Shown: positions 1 through 12,760 of the stretch, piece after piece
How the letters are laid out: each line of letters opens with the position of its first letter
Numbering within the stretch: position 1 is the stretch's first letter
The notes under the pieces: generated by a model
Seen by the model: the letters and a program-made list of their open reading frames with translations, nothing else
Databases searched by the model: none
What the model was told of the DNA's origin: nothing
Program-made: the position numbers and the translations under genes
Source: Rhynchobatus australiae
Taxonomy: Eukaryota
Direction of reading: 5' to 3'
NCBI GenBank assembly: GCA_034780895.1
Contig: JAUZTB010000033.1
Location: 35,272,895 to 35,336,335 of the forward strand
Length of the DNA stretch: 63,441 bases

Positions 1-545
1 CCCTGATTGGTCCTACCCTCTCTCTAAGTCATCCGCCTATTCTTCACATACATGTAGAATGCCTTGGGTTTTCCTTGATCCCACTCACCAAGGACTTCGA
101 ATGCCCCCTTCCAGCTCTCCCAAGTCCATTCTTAAGCTCCCTTGGAACTCTCCAGAGCCCTGTCTGATTCATGCTTTCTAAACCTCTCTAAATCTAGCAG
201 CCATTCCTGCCCTTGTGACAGCCGTCTTTGTAATGGCTACCATGTCATAGTTCCATGTACTTACCCATGCTCTAAGTTCATCAGCCTTGTTCCTGATACT
301 TATCGTGTTAAAACATTTTAGCCCATCCAACTGACTTACAATTTTGCCCTTTCAAATGCCTATCCTTCCTCAGTCTTTCTACACTCTGCATCTACTTGTA
401 AAATGAACCAAGCTCTGACCTATCATTCTGGTTCCTATCCCCCTACCAAACTAGTTTAACCCTCCCCAACAGCTCTAGCAAACATGTCTGCAAGAATATT
501 GGTCCCCTTCCAGTTCAGGTGTAACCAGTCCCTTTTGTACAGGTC
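1..545 (-). mobile_element. Degenerate CR1-like LINE fragment(s)
   Basis: Resembles recalled chondrichthyan CR1 ORF2 5' region in reverse; no intact ORF; boundaries approximate. Confidence 0.55.
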
Positions 546-1379
546 ATTTGCAGATGATTAATGCAAATTGTAGTAGTGGTGGGTCAAGACTGAGCCCAGA
601 AGCATGCAATTATAGTGCTTTCTCCCATAAGTCCCTCCATCATGACTTTCCAAACCTTATGTCTTCCAAACTATTTGTTATCCATTCTTATTTTTACCCT
701 TAATTGCCACATCTATGGAACTGTCAAATTCTTCTTGGAAACTAGGGTACACCATGTCACTGAGTACACCAAAGTTTAGGTTGTCTATTCTAGTTGAGGT
801 GACTGGCCAGGCAGGACATTGCCTTACTAATTCACAGTAGGCTAGGTTGCTGCTGAATTTTGTAAAAAATTGACTCTTCATAAACAATTTTGTTATTTAC
901 ATGGAATGAAGTGTTTGTGGTTGTTTGATCATCTTTTTGAGCTACAATCTACTGACGTGTCCCTCATGTCTAATACATTCTTCATAAAGGTTGTCAGTGG
1001 TTTATAAATCTCTTCCTTACTCTTGTCAGCAAAAATACCCCGATAATTACCAGTTACTGACGGAGTTAGATTGTGTCAATCAGGTCATGTAGGTCAATAA
1101 CCTGGGGGCAGGGAAAGGAAACGTAATCAGCTCCTGATGGCTACCACCAACTGGTTGATGCACATGTAAGCATCATGGGTGTAGATGAGATTAGGCTTGG
1201 CTCTGACATTTAGTTCACTACTGTAAGAAACCCAAACATTGAAGTTTTCCTCTGATAAATGGCAGCTTTGGTGCAGTAGTTTGGACTTTTTTTTCACTCC
1301 TGTAAAGCTTATGATTTTAGTTCACAACATGGAGACATAACAACCGACAGTTCCACTAGTAAGAAAGCAAGTCACTTAC

Positions 1380-1454
1380 TTCATTTGCAAGGTGACGGTG
1401 ACATCGATGGGGGTGGTCTTGCTGACTGGGATTGAGTAGGTATAATTCCCTGAA
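1380..1454 (-). CDS. MYRF: MYRF exon ~24 (75 nt): SGNYTYSIPVSKTTPIDVTVTLQM(N)
   Basis: tttgtag / gtaagt; resembles human [24 protein letters not shown] (C-terminal lumenal domain). Confidence 0.93.
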
Positions 1455-1794
1455 CTACAAAGAAGAGTAAACAATATTAGTGTGCGATCAGATGACATCA
1501 GCTCCAAATACCACAAGCTCACTAACAGTTTCCAATAGTTTTGTAGCCTATTTAGACATCTATCTAGTAGTCCAGCGCGATATACAAATATAGAATACGA
1601 CCAAACACATTACTTTGTCTACCTTGCCTCGTCCACAAGGTGAGGAGGAACAATCTATTTAAAATAGCTGGGAATATGATATCTGGGTTGGCTCTTCATC
1701 CACTGTTTGATGTTTAAAATAATTTTCTCAGCTTTTGTCTGTGATGTGGATTGTGTCATTCTCGTGTAGTTAGTCAGAAAATTCCTTTGCTTTC

Positions 1795-2012
1795 TATGCC
1801 TCTTAAAGACATTGGTGAACCAGGTTGTCTTTCAAGACTACCTGGTAGTTTTATGGTCACTATTATTGATACTGGTTTTCTATTTCAGGAATTTTTTAAA
1901 ACTGGATTTACATTTCCTTGCTGGAGTGGTGAGATCAGATTCATGACCCAGGATCATTAGACTGAATCTCAGAATTACTGGTCTGGGAGTATAATCAAGC
2001 CACCACATGCCA
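1795..2012 (-). mobile_element. Degenerate tRNA-derived SINE fragment
   Basis: Reverse strand resembles a common shark SINE (...agtaattctgag...tgatcc...catgaatc...gtgaccataaaactacc...ggttcaccaatgtctttaag). Confidence 0.45.
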
Positions 2013-2256
2013 ATAGGAGCCTTTTTGTTCAAACTGTACCCATTAATGATTATGTACAGGAGGATTTTATTTGGGGTATACCTTTGTTGTTCCTGGTATT
2101 CTGACTGAAATTCTGGAGCCATCCAGTTAAAATGTATAGTTAATTACCAGCACTGACAATTCCATCCTCCTTGTTCTTTTTGTTTAGCTTTAACCCTGAT
2201 ATGTGACTTCATTTCAGTCACCACATCACTAATTTGGTACTGCTGATATTTCTTAC

Positions 2257-2344
2257 CTGCAGGATCCCTGTGCCAGACAGTATTGCTCTGTGATCTCCAG
2301 ACCATTCTCAACAATCTGGGTAGAAGTTAAGGTGGTGTTCTGCC
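2257..2344 (-). CDS. MYRF: MYRF exon ~23 (88 nt): WQNTTLTSTQIVENGLEITEQYCLAQGSC(S)
   Basis: ccctaaag / gtaag; resembles human LTSIQVLENSMSITSQYC; phase 1 to 2. Confidence 0.9.
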
Positions 2345-3249
2345 CTTTAGGGAGGGGAAAAAAGGAGTGATTACAATCTACTCACTAAGAAACATATATG
2401 TGTGCATGATGTACAGTATCTAATGTCTACATGTAGTGTAAATCTGATACTTGCCATCTGATGTGTGGAAAGCAGTGTGTGCTGAGTATTTATAATGAAA
2501 AGAACTAGTAGTGTGGATACAAGCAAAATTTGCATCCAAAATATAAATTGAATAAAAAACATGGTAAATCATGGATAAGATTTGTTCCTTACTTTGCTTC
2601 ACATCTCTTCATTCCTTCCCCACAATCATCTATTGTTATATTGGTAACAAAGACTAAAACTTGAAAGTAAGGCTTTTTCCTTCACAGAGAGGTGCAATTC
2701 CAACCCCTCCATGACTTGACCCAGCCACTCAGTTCTGTGCCACTATGCCTGGAGCAGCCACAACCTGTGGGACACAATTGTTCCCACAACCTTTCCAATA
2801 ATTTGATTACATCCTCACATTGGTCCCATTCCCAATCTGCTACGTCTGGCTCCCTTATAAAGTTCAGTGACAAACTTTCTGCTCTTTAAGGAGGCTGTTC
2901 ATTCAAAATTCAATGTGATAGATTCCTGCAATTTAATAAATAGACTGTTTGAACAAATTCAGGCTCTTCTGAAATTCAACCACATTTTATGCTCCTATCT
3001 GAAGAAATTAAACAGTAAAAAGTCCCAATCCTTTTAAAACTGAAGTGTTTCTGAGAATATTCAAAAGCATTTGATTTCTAGAATTTGTTGTGATTTCGGT
3101 CCAAACTATTTGAAACTCCCTTAGAGTGATGTTTATCCATGAAAATGTTATAAAAAAACATTTTAGCTTTGTGGGGCTGGGTCCCAGATGAATGCAACAT
3201 TTTTTTCAAACTGGCATCACAGGCTGAATGTTTATTTTAACAAGAGATT

Positions 3250-3610
3250 GCAAGAAATTTCTTCACCGAGGGAGTGGTGAACCTGTGAAATTCTCTACCA
3301 CAGAAAGTGGTGNNNNNNNNNNNNNNNNNNNNNNNNNNNNNNNNNNNNNNNNNNNNNNNNNNNNNNNNNNNNNNNNNNNNNNNNNNNNNNNNNNNNNNNN
3401 NNNNNNNNNNNNTTCTCTACCACAGAAAGTGGTGGAGACAAGTCATTCAATATTTTCAAGAAGGAGGTAGGTGTATTTGTTAATGCCAAAGAATTTAAGG
3501 AATATGGGGGGGGAGGAGGAGGGAACAGGGTGCTTAAGTTGATGATCAGGCCTGAAGCAGACCCAAAGGGCTGAATGGCCTCCTCCTGTTCCTTTTTTCT
3601 ACATTTCTAT
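3250..3610 (+). mobile_element. CR1 LINE 3' end
   Basis: aaatttcttcacc...gtggtgaacctgtgaaattctctaccacag and terminal ggctgaatggcctcctcctgttcct typical of the CR1 tail. Confidence 0.75.
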
Positions 3611-4057
3611 TTACATCATTATTGTAAGTGGTAAAATAAATAACTGATGTCAAGAGAATATACAGCCACCTTAGGCACTTTGTAAATATACTTAGGGTGA
3701 ATGGAGCCCTTTCCCATTATCGGCACCTAGTGTCAGTTGATGAGTTCCCAAGCACAGGTACAGATGTAAGGCAAAGTTCTTTCTACTCTGTTCCAACAAA
3801 GCTCTTTCCTGCACTGATGTGACATTTCTTCATCCCCCACAGCAGCCTTAGTGTCTAATTGCTGATTAGAAGCAGTGACCCCAGAAACTCAGTTAAAATG
3901 GTCCAAACTTGCTAAAACAAAAATCAAGCTGGTAAAAATTAAAAACTACAATTGACTTGGCAGTTGTTCTGTGACATGCGCAACATCCTCTTGAGTAACA
4001 GAGTCAAGTACATCAGAAGTAGCCAGGAAAACACACGTGAACGTGGCTGGAACTCAC

Positions 4058-4327
4058 AGTCTGCGTTGCTGTCCATTGAGTCTGTCTGCTCTGTGCTTCT
4101 CTGTCTTCTCGTCTGCAGACCAGGCAGTTTATTTTGCATACTGGTAAAGTGAGGAGGAAACTGTGATTTGCCATGGATATTCGGGATCTGTGGCGGTGAA
4201 GGACTATAATTGTTTGAGGTGCTGATCCCATCCCTGGGAGACATCTGCCTGATGTTATATTCATTCCGATTCTCATTTACTGAAGATTTGGCTTTGATGT
4301 TGCTGGTGGAGGATGGGCCAGATTGAT
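4058..4327 (-). CDS. MYRF: MYRF exon ~22 (270 nt): DQSGPSSTSNIKAKSS...LQTRRQRSTEQTDSMDSNAD
   Basis: tttcag / gtgagt; ORF 3939..4421; NIKAKS resembles human NIRAKS; phase 1 to 1; preceded by a 98-nt intron. Confidence 0.85.
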
Positions 4328-4425
4328 CTGAAATCACCAGGAATATTAAAGAGAGAACACCAGTGGCTTTTAAAGAGTGAAACAAAAGAGCGCATTCATG
4401 AAGGTGAAATGGCAACTGCACTTAC

Positions 4426-4611
4426 CAGCAGTGGACTGGTTAGTGCTAGCTGAAGAAGGGGTCAATGGGATGGTAGTCACTGGCAGGAGGCTACTGCTGG
4501 GTGGATTTGTAGAGTTAAGAGGGCAGCACAATACTTCACATGGAGAGGTGTAGCATAAACTAAGTTGATGAGGGGAGTGGGACACAGGAGAAGCAGGTGA
4601 AGGCATACCAA
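4426..4611 (-). CDS. MYRF: MYRF exon ~21 (186 nt): VGMPSPASPVSHSPHQLSLCYTSPCEVLCCPLNSTNPP...STNQSTA
   Basis: ctttgcag / gtaagt; C-x4-C-x3-CC motif like human CSSHPCPVICC; phase 1 to 1. Confidence 0.88.
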
Positions 4612-6073
4612 CTGCAAAGAGAAAGAAAATGTTTGCAACATAAAAAGTGATGCAAGTATAGCAATGACAAACTCTAACACAATTCCATTGTTTAGATAGG
4701 TAAAATACAATTTTTATACTCTGGTAATGTGTGCTTCAGGGAACCAGAAATATAATAATTTCTCCAAACAATGCCAAGTAAGTTAAACTGTAGAGCTTGT
4801 GGGAGTCTGATTGTCATCTCCGATACAGCATACATCAGGTAAAGGGAAATTATATAACATGTCTATTAGTGCAGTAATGGTGGCTCAGGCTGCAGTCAGC
4901 AAAGGTACCTTAAACAGTCACTGAGCCTTGGGCCAATGTTTACGGTGTCACTACCAGATATTTAGTAGTGCTCTGAAATGGCCTTACACCAAATAATCCC
5001 ATTCCTGCACATGCTGCATTGTTGTGGGTCCAGGTTTTGGACACGCAAGTACAGGCATTGGGAAATGGTTTGTATGAAGGAGAAGTGGGCATGGTAGTGT
5101 CAGGTGAAAAATAAGAGTTTTGAACTCACAAAGTTCAAGTGAACTTTGCTAGCACAAAGTGAAGGCTAGTGCTTGGATTGAGTTAGGTGAACCAAGATTT
5201 GATGGAATTGCTTAGAAGGGCATGCATGGCAAGGATGGACTAGTCATCAAAGGTGGGAAAGACAAAGTCTGAGCGGAGGTAACAAGAGTGTGTAGCAGAG
5301 AGTTGGGAATCTGACCACTGAAGCAGAAAACTGGAGAAGTGATCTATAGTTTGAAGGCAGGCATTTGTTAAATTAATCTCTAATTATAAAATGATACAAA
5401 TATTTAAATATAATTGCAATATGAATGTTGTGTATTACATCAGGAAATTTGGAAATTCTCAGGTCAGGTATAATTTAAATAAATAATATCTTAAAGGACA
5501 TGTTCTGTTTCTTTCTCCACTGACCTACTGAGAATTTATAGTGTCTTCTGGTTTCATTTCATATTTCCAGGATCCACAGTGATTTGCCTTTGTAAGTGCT
5601 TTATATTGGAGCTGGGTAATCTCAAATTGGTAAGTTTACAAGTTTAATAGCAAAGATAGGAAGTAATTTTTAAAATTAACCACTTGATTTTCCAGCCAGA
5701 TGTGACTGCTCCCAGGCTCTTTCAGCCTGCTGTATGCATGCTTGCAGTTCATATCCAACTCGGTCTCTCTAGTGTGATTGACTGTTGTGCTAGAAACAGG
5801 ATGCAGCAAACATAACAAGTTGTGCGTGCACTTTACCTAAGACCTTCAAGGTGAATGGATATCCACAGTCTTTTGAATACTGCTTGCACTGTTCCCCACT
5901 ATCAGAAATCATATGCATGGATTTCCATCCATACATAATTCAACATAAAGTTATCAGGAGCATGCCCACGAGTTCCTAGCTCTCATGATGTGCATCCAGA
6001 ACTTCAGCCCTATACTGGCCCAGACTCCAGTGGCAACTTCACCTTCAGTTGGTGCTAGACTGGGTTAACCTAC

Positions 6074-6171
6074 CTGGTTGTTGAGCCCCAATTGTGCCGT
6101 GCCAGTCTAGAGGAGGTGTAGGCCAATGGTTTTCTGTTGAAGTTGAGTCTGGGTTGGCATTTCCAAATGGT
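6074..6171 (-). CDS. MYRF: Probable MYRF exon ~20 (98 nt): PFGNANPDSTSTENHWPTPPLDWHGTIGAQQP
   Basis: ttttgcgtgcag / gtaggt; open frame with exactly the 2-to-1 phase needed to join exon 18 to exon 21. The sequence itself is poorly conserved, so the call rests on splice signals and phase. Confidence 0.7.
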
Positions 6172-8719
6172 CTGCACGCAAAACAAAAGTAGACATAGTT
6201 ACATAAATAAACAAGCAAACCTGGCAAACCCAATATAGCAGATCCTCAACTACCTGCACTTCTATTTTCTGGCTGATTAACAAGATAATTTTCATAAAAT
6301 ATGAGTGCTCTGAATGAGCTGGGATTTTCCAGTACAGGGTTATTTCCGTTCCTGGGAACTAAGTCACAAAGGCCCATTTTCTACAGTAACCCATATTGTA
6401 TTGCTCTTCCTATAATTTCATTTCATTCAATAATCATTCTAACACTATCTAGAGTTAAACTAACAGAATAGATACTGTATCCGTCATTAAAGAATACCAT
6501 GAAACATATTATTATTACTAGCTTGAAAAATGCATGGGAGAATTTGTGTCAAGTTTGATTTCCATAAGTCAGGTCATTGGTAACCTGGGCAGCCCCTGTA
6601 TTGTTTTCTTTACTCAATTCTATTGTTACAATCATAACATGAGACAATGCTGTAAATATGTAACACCCATTATCAGACCTATCAAATCCAACTAAAGAAT
6701 CACTTCAAAGTATCCCAGAAATAATTGCTCTCATGTGAAGAGAAAGCCACTGTGCTCATGTGGGAAGAGAGAGAGGTGGCAGCTGCAGGTACTTAGAATT
6801 AATCCTATTATATAGAGAATGAGTCCTTCTACCATTTCCCTTCTTGTTTGTCAATTATTTTGGGGGAAATTGCAAAGTAGGAAAGACTTGCATTTATATT
6901 TTATCTTCTTAACACCTCACTCAACAAATTATGTTGAAGTGGAAAGTCTGTTAACTACAATAACACAGCAGTCATTTAGTACACAGCAGAATCCCACATG
7001 ATTATGATGTACTGAGCAAGTTAGAATTAATTCAATTTGGATATTATTAGTTGGTGACAACATGATGTCGACCGAGACAACAGGAGAGCTCTCTCAATTC
7101 TAGATACTTCCAAGGCATCTATCAGCATTTACTTGAACCCACAGGATGTTAGGTTAACACTTTATTATAAGTTTATTGCCAAAAATGCATAATCCCCTGC
7201 TCTCCATAATCTTCCCAACACTCAGACCTCCATGGAATAATGGCTGACATGCCAAAATCCTCAATATCCTAAATACTTGTTAACTTTCTGTATGTCATGT
7301 AAAGGGATACCTAAATTCCTTTGAATCCTAATGTTTACTAATCCACATGTTTACTAATCCAAGGCATCATAAAAAAGAGTTTTTCCANNNNNNNNNNNNN
7401 NNNNNNNNNNNNNNNNNNNNNNNNNNNNNNNNNNNNNNNNNNNNNNNNNNNNNNNNNNNNNNNNNNNNNNNNNNNNNNNNNNNNNNNNNNNNNNNNNNNN
7501 NNNNNNNNNNNNNNNNNNNNNNNNNNNNNNNNNNNNNNNNNNNNNNNNNNNNNNNNNNNNNNNNNNNNNNNNNNNNNNNNNNNNNNNNNNNNNNNNNNNN
7601 NNNNNNNNNNNNNNNNNNNNNNNNNNNNNNNNNNNNNNNNNNNNNNNNNNNNNNNNNNNNNNNNNNNNNNNNNNNNNNNNNNNNNNNNNNNNNNNNNNNN
7701 NNNNNNNNNNNNNNNNNNNNNNNNNNNNNNNNNNNNNNNNNNNNNNNNNNNNNNNNNNNNNNNNNNNNNNNNNNNNNNNNNNNNNNNNNNNNNNNNNNNN
7801 GATGTTTTGTGTTCTGAGAATACAAAAAAAAACTATTTTCATTGGGCTTCCCATCTTTCTTGCTGGCTCACCACAAAAGATCTGTTAATGGATTTGTCCA
7901 ACAAGTTTTCCTTTTCAAATGACTATGTTGGTTCTATTTGAATATATAGAATGACATTCCAAGTGCCCTGTTATGAAATCCATATTAACAAATTCCATTA
8001 GTTTCCTCACCTCTTGTTGGTGCTGTCATTCTCTCTCCCTCCTTGCCTAAACTGCAGGGTCACTTTGCTTCCTTCCAATCCATGATGGACAACAGCAAAT
8101 CATTCGCAGCAAAAACAGAATTTTTCTAAATGCACTAACCTTTACATGAGAAATTGTTTCCCCATTTCACGAGTAGTGAGGCTCTGATTTTGTGTTCTCT
8201 TGTCCTAGAATACTCCAGCAGGAGAGAGATTTCTTTCTCCCTCCAATACCAATTCATTTCACAATCCGAGAAACCTCAAACGTCACCACCTAGCCTTCTA
8301 TAATGCAGGGATGTAAACCCAGCCTACATAATTCCTTTCTATAACACTTGAAATCCTGGCAATATTCTGGTGAATCTGAACCACATTCTATGCAATGGCA
8401 AAAAATTTTTTCTAATTGAAAGTCTAGTGATCACAGCTGCATACAATCCTCTAGGGCTCTAACCAGGACTTTGTAAAGCTGAGGCAAAATGTCCCCTCCT
8501 TTCTTTTATGGACCTCATAATAGAGGTCAATATTCTGTTAGCCCTCATGATTTTTTTTTGTGTGGCTAGCAACCAGAGGTCAGTGTTGGGCTCCCCACAA
8601 AACTCCTGCTCTCTGGAAAGGTGATAATTAATGTAAATAGTCATCATGGTGATCATATTTGCAGGAACCACCCAATAGGGGAGGGGATATGTGTATGTTG
8701 TATTGTATTGCAAGGGCTC

Positions 8720-10640
8720 TTAAGCTTTGGGTGACATGCTAGCATAGGTGCAGATTGATTAAAGAACAGAATTAGGGAATAAATGGATCTTTTTCAGATT
8801 GGGAGACAGTTACTGGAAGGGTTGGTATTGGGTCATTAGGTATACACAATTTATATTAACGACTTAGATGAAAAGAGAGTGTAGATGTTTGCTGAGGGCA
8901 CTGATCCAGGTGTGAAAGGCAGCTGTGAGGAGGATACAGGGTAAAACTGAACAGACCATCCAACACTGAGCCAGGCACTGAACGTGGGCATGACAGAGTC
9001 ACTCTCATCCCTGTCAATCTTACAAAGTCCTTCCTATGAAAATGTTTGTATTGCGAGAGCTGCCCCATAAACAAGCCAAGCAACAGCCTGACCTAATTTC
9101 ACAGAATTTTATCATAAGACAATCTACCAGACTCCTCCATCACAGTCTCACAACATACCCACCAGTGGGAGAAGCAGCTCTGTGGGCTCTCAGCTTTGAC
9201 TCCAGACACAATGACATCTCATTGGGATCAGGTCAGGTCAAGGAAAATCTCCTCCCAATTACCAGCTACCAGTGGATACATTCATTGCTCCTCCATGTTG
9301 AGTACCACTTGGAAGATGCACTGAAAGTAGCAAGAGCACATCTATGGCCATCATCAAGAGTAGCTTGTCAGCACCATCACTGAGTGAGCTGGCTAAATCC
9401 AGATGAAGTAGCTGCCACATTAGGTTTTGCTGGGGGTAGTGATTAAAAACACATGAAGGCTAAAGAATAAATGCAGCATGCAATAGACAAAGCCCACAAC
9501 CAACAGGTCAGAGGTTAGGTACTGTGGCAAGTGACACACTTCAGGATTCACAAATAAGGATTGTGATGGAATGAACACCAACAGCATTCAGGAAGCTTGA
9601 TACCAACTGGAACAAATCAGCCAGCTTTATTGACAACTCATCCACCCCTCTAAACATTCAATCCCTCCACCACCAGAGTATTGTGGCTTCAGTGAGTACA
9701 ATCTATAAAAAGCACAGCATTTACCCACCTGATCTACCTAAAAGCACTTCCAAAACCCATGACCTCTACCATATAGAAGGGCAAGAGTAGCAGATGGGAG
9801 CACCACCACCTGCTGGGTCCTTTCAATGGCATTGCCATTGCGTTTACGTCCCAGCATCCTTTCTCAACAGAAATGCAACAGTTAAAGATGGTGGCTCACT
9901 GCTACCTTCTCAAGGACACTAAATAATTCTGGCCTTGCAGTGACTCCCACATTCAGAAAAGTGAATGAAAATAAAGAATAAGGACTGGTTAAACCAATGA
10001 ATGAAAAGGTGGAAGATGAAATAAAATATGGGAAATGCTGTTGGAATAATAAAAAAAAATTGTCTGGTGAGAAACTACTAAATGTTGGTANNNNNNNNNN
10101 GAGAAAGATTTTGGTGCACTGGTCATAAGACCCAGAAAATTAACATGAATCTGCAGCACTCAGGAAAGCAAATGATATGCTGGCCTTTATTGGGGCTCAA
10201 GAATAGGAAAGGGCTTCGGTGAGGTCACACCTGGAGTACTGTGTGCAGCTTCAGTCTTCATACACAAGTACATCTTGCAGCACAGATTCCCTAGATTGAT
10301 TCCTAGAAAGAGGGGGCCATCCTATAAAGAGACATGGAGGAAGATTGGCTTTTAATCATTTGAGTTTAGAAGAATGAGAGATGATTTTAGAGATTATGAC
10401 AAGGTAGACATTGAGATCCTTAGGCTGGAGAATCCAGAACCATCAGGATAAGAGTTTGACCATTTAGAAAAGTGATGATGTGAAATTACTTCATTCAGAG
10501 GGATCTGTCTTTGGTATTCATGATCCTAGATGTTCAGCTATTGAGTATATTCAAGCTTAAAAATCATAGATTTTTAGACTTAGGGATGTAGGATCTGACA
10601 GAAAATTGGATGAGGTGAAGAATTAGCCATGATCTTATTT
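8720..10640 (+). mobile_element. Decayed CR1 RT/3' fragment interrupted by a second LINE (L2/CR1-group) at ~8960-9970
   Basis: CR1-like sequence at 8720-8950 resumes at ~9975 (through cacctggagtactgtgtgcag, gagtttagaagaatgagag, tagccatgatcttatt). The intervening block ends in a different LINE 3' end (cactccctccaccacc...ggccttgcagtgactcccacatt). Confidence 0.6.
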
Positions 10641-10893
10641 AGTGAAGGACTGTGCCTTTGTGTGTGTGTTTATGTGCGCAATGTGCATTAATGTACACAT
10701 GCACAATGTGTGCATACACAAGGCAGACAGCAAAAATGACATCATCAATTTCTATACCAAGGACCTTGAATTGATCAAGATATTGTTGATTTCCATGAAG
10801 CTTGTCATTAATAAAGAGGAACACTATTTGGTCTCTCAAGACCTTTCTGCTCAACTTTATCCTGATTAGGAAGTCTAAAGACCATCCACCTAC

Positions 10894-10959
10894 CCATCAG
10901 CATCTGCGCCATCATCATTTCGCAAGTTCAGCACGTAGAGGGTGGACATGGATATTACG
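10894..10959 (-). CDS. MYRF: MYRF exon ~18 (66 nt): VISMSTLYVLNLRNDDGADAD(G)
   Basis: catcag / gtaggt; matches human VVSMSTLYVLSLR; phase 2 to 2. Confidence 0.94.
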
Positions 10960-11505
10960 CTGATGAGGTAAAAGACAACAGCTTAGTTCAAGGCTCAAGT
11001 TAATGAAGACTCAGTCAGGGTTAAAGTTCACTACTCCAGCCACTGGATGTCTGTAGCATGTTTCAAGATCTTGCAGTAGACCCTGAAAAGATATCAAGGC
11101 TTGGATATGGAACCTTGTGGGACATCAGGGCTGTGATATAGGAGCACAATGGTAAATCAGAACAGGGATAGGGAATGGTGTGGACATTTCATGACATTCC
11201 AGGATACTGTGACTAGAATATAGAAACCTGTGGGATATTAGAGTTGACTCGTAATTAGAATATGATGTTTGGTTTTCAGTTTGTGAATATAAAAGAGCTC
11301 ACTATGCTCTATGTAAGATGAGTGTTACTCTGTGCAGATGAAGGACTGGAGCAAGGTCTTATTGTGAGACAGGCTGGACAGTGTTGGAAAAATTCTCAGT
11401 AAATTCTCTGGACTCGCCTTAGTATTAAAATGCTAAGGACACATTATCAAGTAATTTATCAGCATTTGCAAGTGCCAGGCTGATGTGCGAGGCCTTAGTA
11501 CTTAC

Positions 11506-11594
11506 CTGAATGCCATGATGATAACAAGAGCTATGATGGTGCCCTGGAGGAACTTCTGGCTGAGGCAACCTTGCTCTGTTAGGTTAGGAGGAGA
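11506..11594 (-). CDS. MYRF: MYRF exon ~17 (89 nt): [29 protein letters not shown](S), transmembrane helix
   Basis: tttccag / gtaagt; matches human [21 protein letters not shown]; phase 0 to 2. Confidence 0.95.
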
Positions 11595-11699
11595 CTGGAA
11601 ATGGAAACACAGATGGTTATTTTTGGGAGATATTACAGTATACTGACACCTGAATTATAATTGCATATGGTTTTAAAGTCATGCTGATGTGAGCCAGTG

Positions 11700-11910
11700 C
11701 TCAGAAGCTTCTTTCCAATTCTCTTCCAAATCTCTCTTGAAGGTGATAATTCTCTGTATCCACCTCTACCACTTCCTCTGGCAGCTCGTTCCACACACGC
11801 ACCACCCTCTGTGTGAAGAAGTTACCTGTCAGGTCCCTCTTAAATCTTTCCCCTCACACTGTAAACCTGTGCCCTCTAGTTTTAGACTCCCCTATCCTGG
11901 GACAAAGACG
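11700..11910 (-). mobile_element. CR1 LINE 3' fragment
   Basis: ccacttcctctggcagctcgttccacacacgcaccaccctctgtgtgaagaagtt...tgccctctagttttagactcccc is a reverse CR1 3' region. Confidence 0.75.
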
Positions 11911-12414
11911 GTGATAGTTCAGCAGGGAAAGGGTAAATGAAGGGAAACAGCTTGTTCAGCAGAGAGAGTTACAAGCGGGCAACTGTAAAGTCACTGTTTA
12001 CTCAGCAGTCAGGAGTTGCCCACTGTGTAAATGCACAGAGCAGTTGCTGTACTTTCTGCAATCATTGATATTTCCATAATGCAAGTCAGCAGCTGGAACA
12101 GCGGCAGGAGAGATTAACTCGGAGGTGGAAGATGAGTTTCTTGTGCTCATTACGATGAAGAATGTCAAAGCTGCTGCCTGCCCCACCAATCTGCTTTATT
12201 TTATTCCCAGGTCATGTGGAGCACTCAATGGCCGTATGATGAAGCCCCAGCACACATCCCCATCGAGTATCGAACAGTAACAACAGGCCAATGCCCTTCT
12301 GTAAGCTGCATCAGTCTACAATTAGCTCACTCCACACCCTCTCTTGTCAACTCCCAACCCGTCCAGCCAGGCTCAAGGTCCTCTCCTTGATGCACTCCAT
12401 TCCTGAGTGACCCA

Positions 12415-12760
12415 AACAGAGAGTGCAGAGGGGCAGCTGGTAAAGCTGCCACCTCACAGCGACAGAGACCAGGTTCAATCCCGACCTCAGCTCCTGACTG
12501 TGTGGAGTTTGCACGTTCTCCCTGTTACAGCATCAGATTCCTCCGGGTGCTCTGGTTTCCTCCCACATCCCACAGACGTGCGAGTTGGTGGGTTAATTGG
12601 CCGCTGTAAATTGCCCCTAGTGTGTGGGTGAGGGGTAGAACCTGGGGGATGTGGAGAGAATAAAATGGGATTAATGTGGGATTGGTGTAAGTGGGTGGTT
12701 GATGGTCAGTGTGAATTCGATTGGCCGGAGGGTCTGTTTCCATGCTGTACGTCTCCACGA
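12415..12760 (+). mobile_element. HE1-type V-SINE, near full length
   Basis: tRNA-like head (ggtaaagctgccacctcacagc...ggttcaatccc), V-domain core (tgtggagtttgcacgttctccctg...ccgggtgctctggtttcctcccaca), CR1-derived tail (ggccggagggtctgtttccatgctgta). Confidence 0.85.

Noticed and set aside
3291-3434. Direct repeats around gaps as CRISPR-like arrays or target-site duplications
   Set aside because: Only two copies each, always abutting an exact 100-N gap: contig-overlap artefacts in a eukaryotic assembly.
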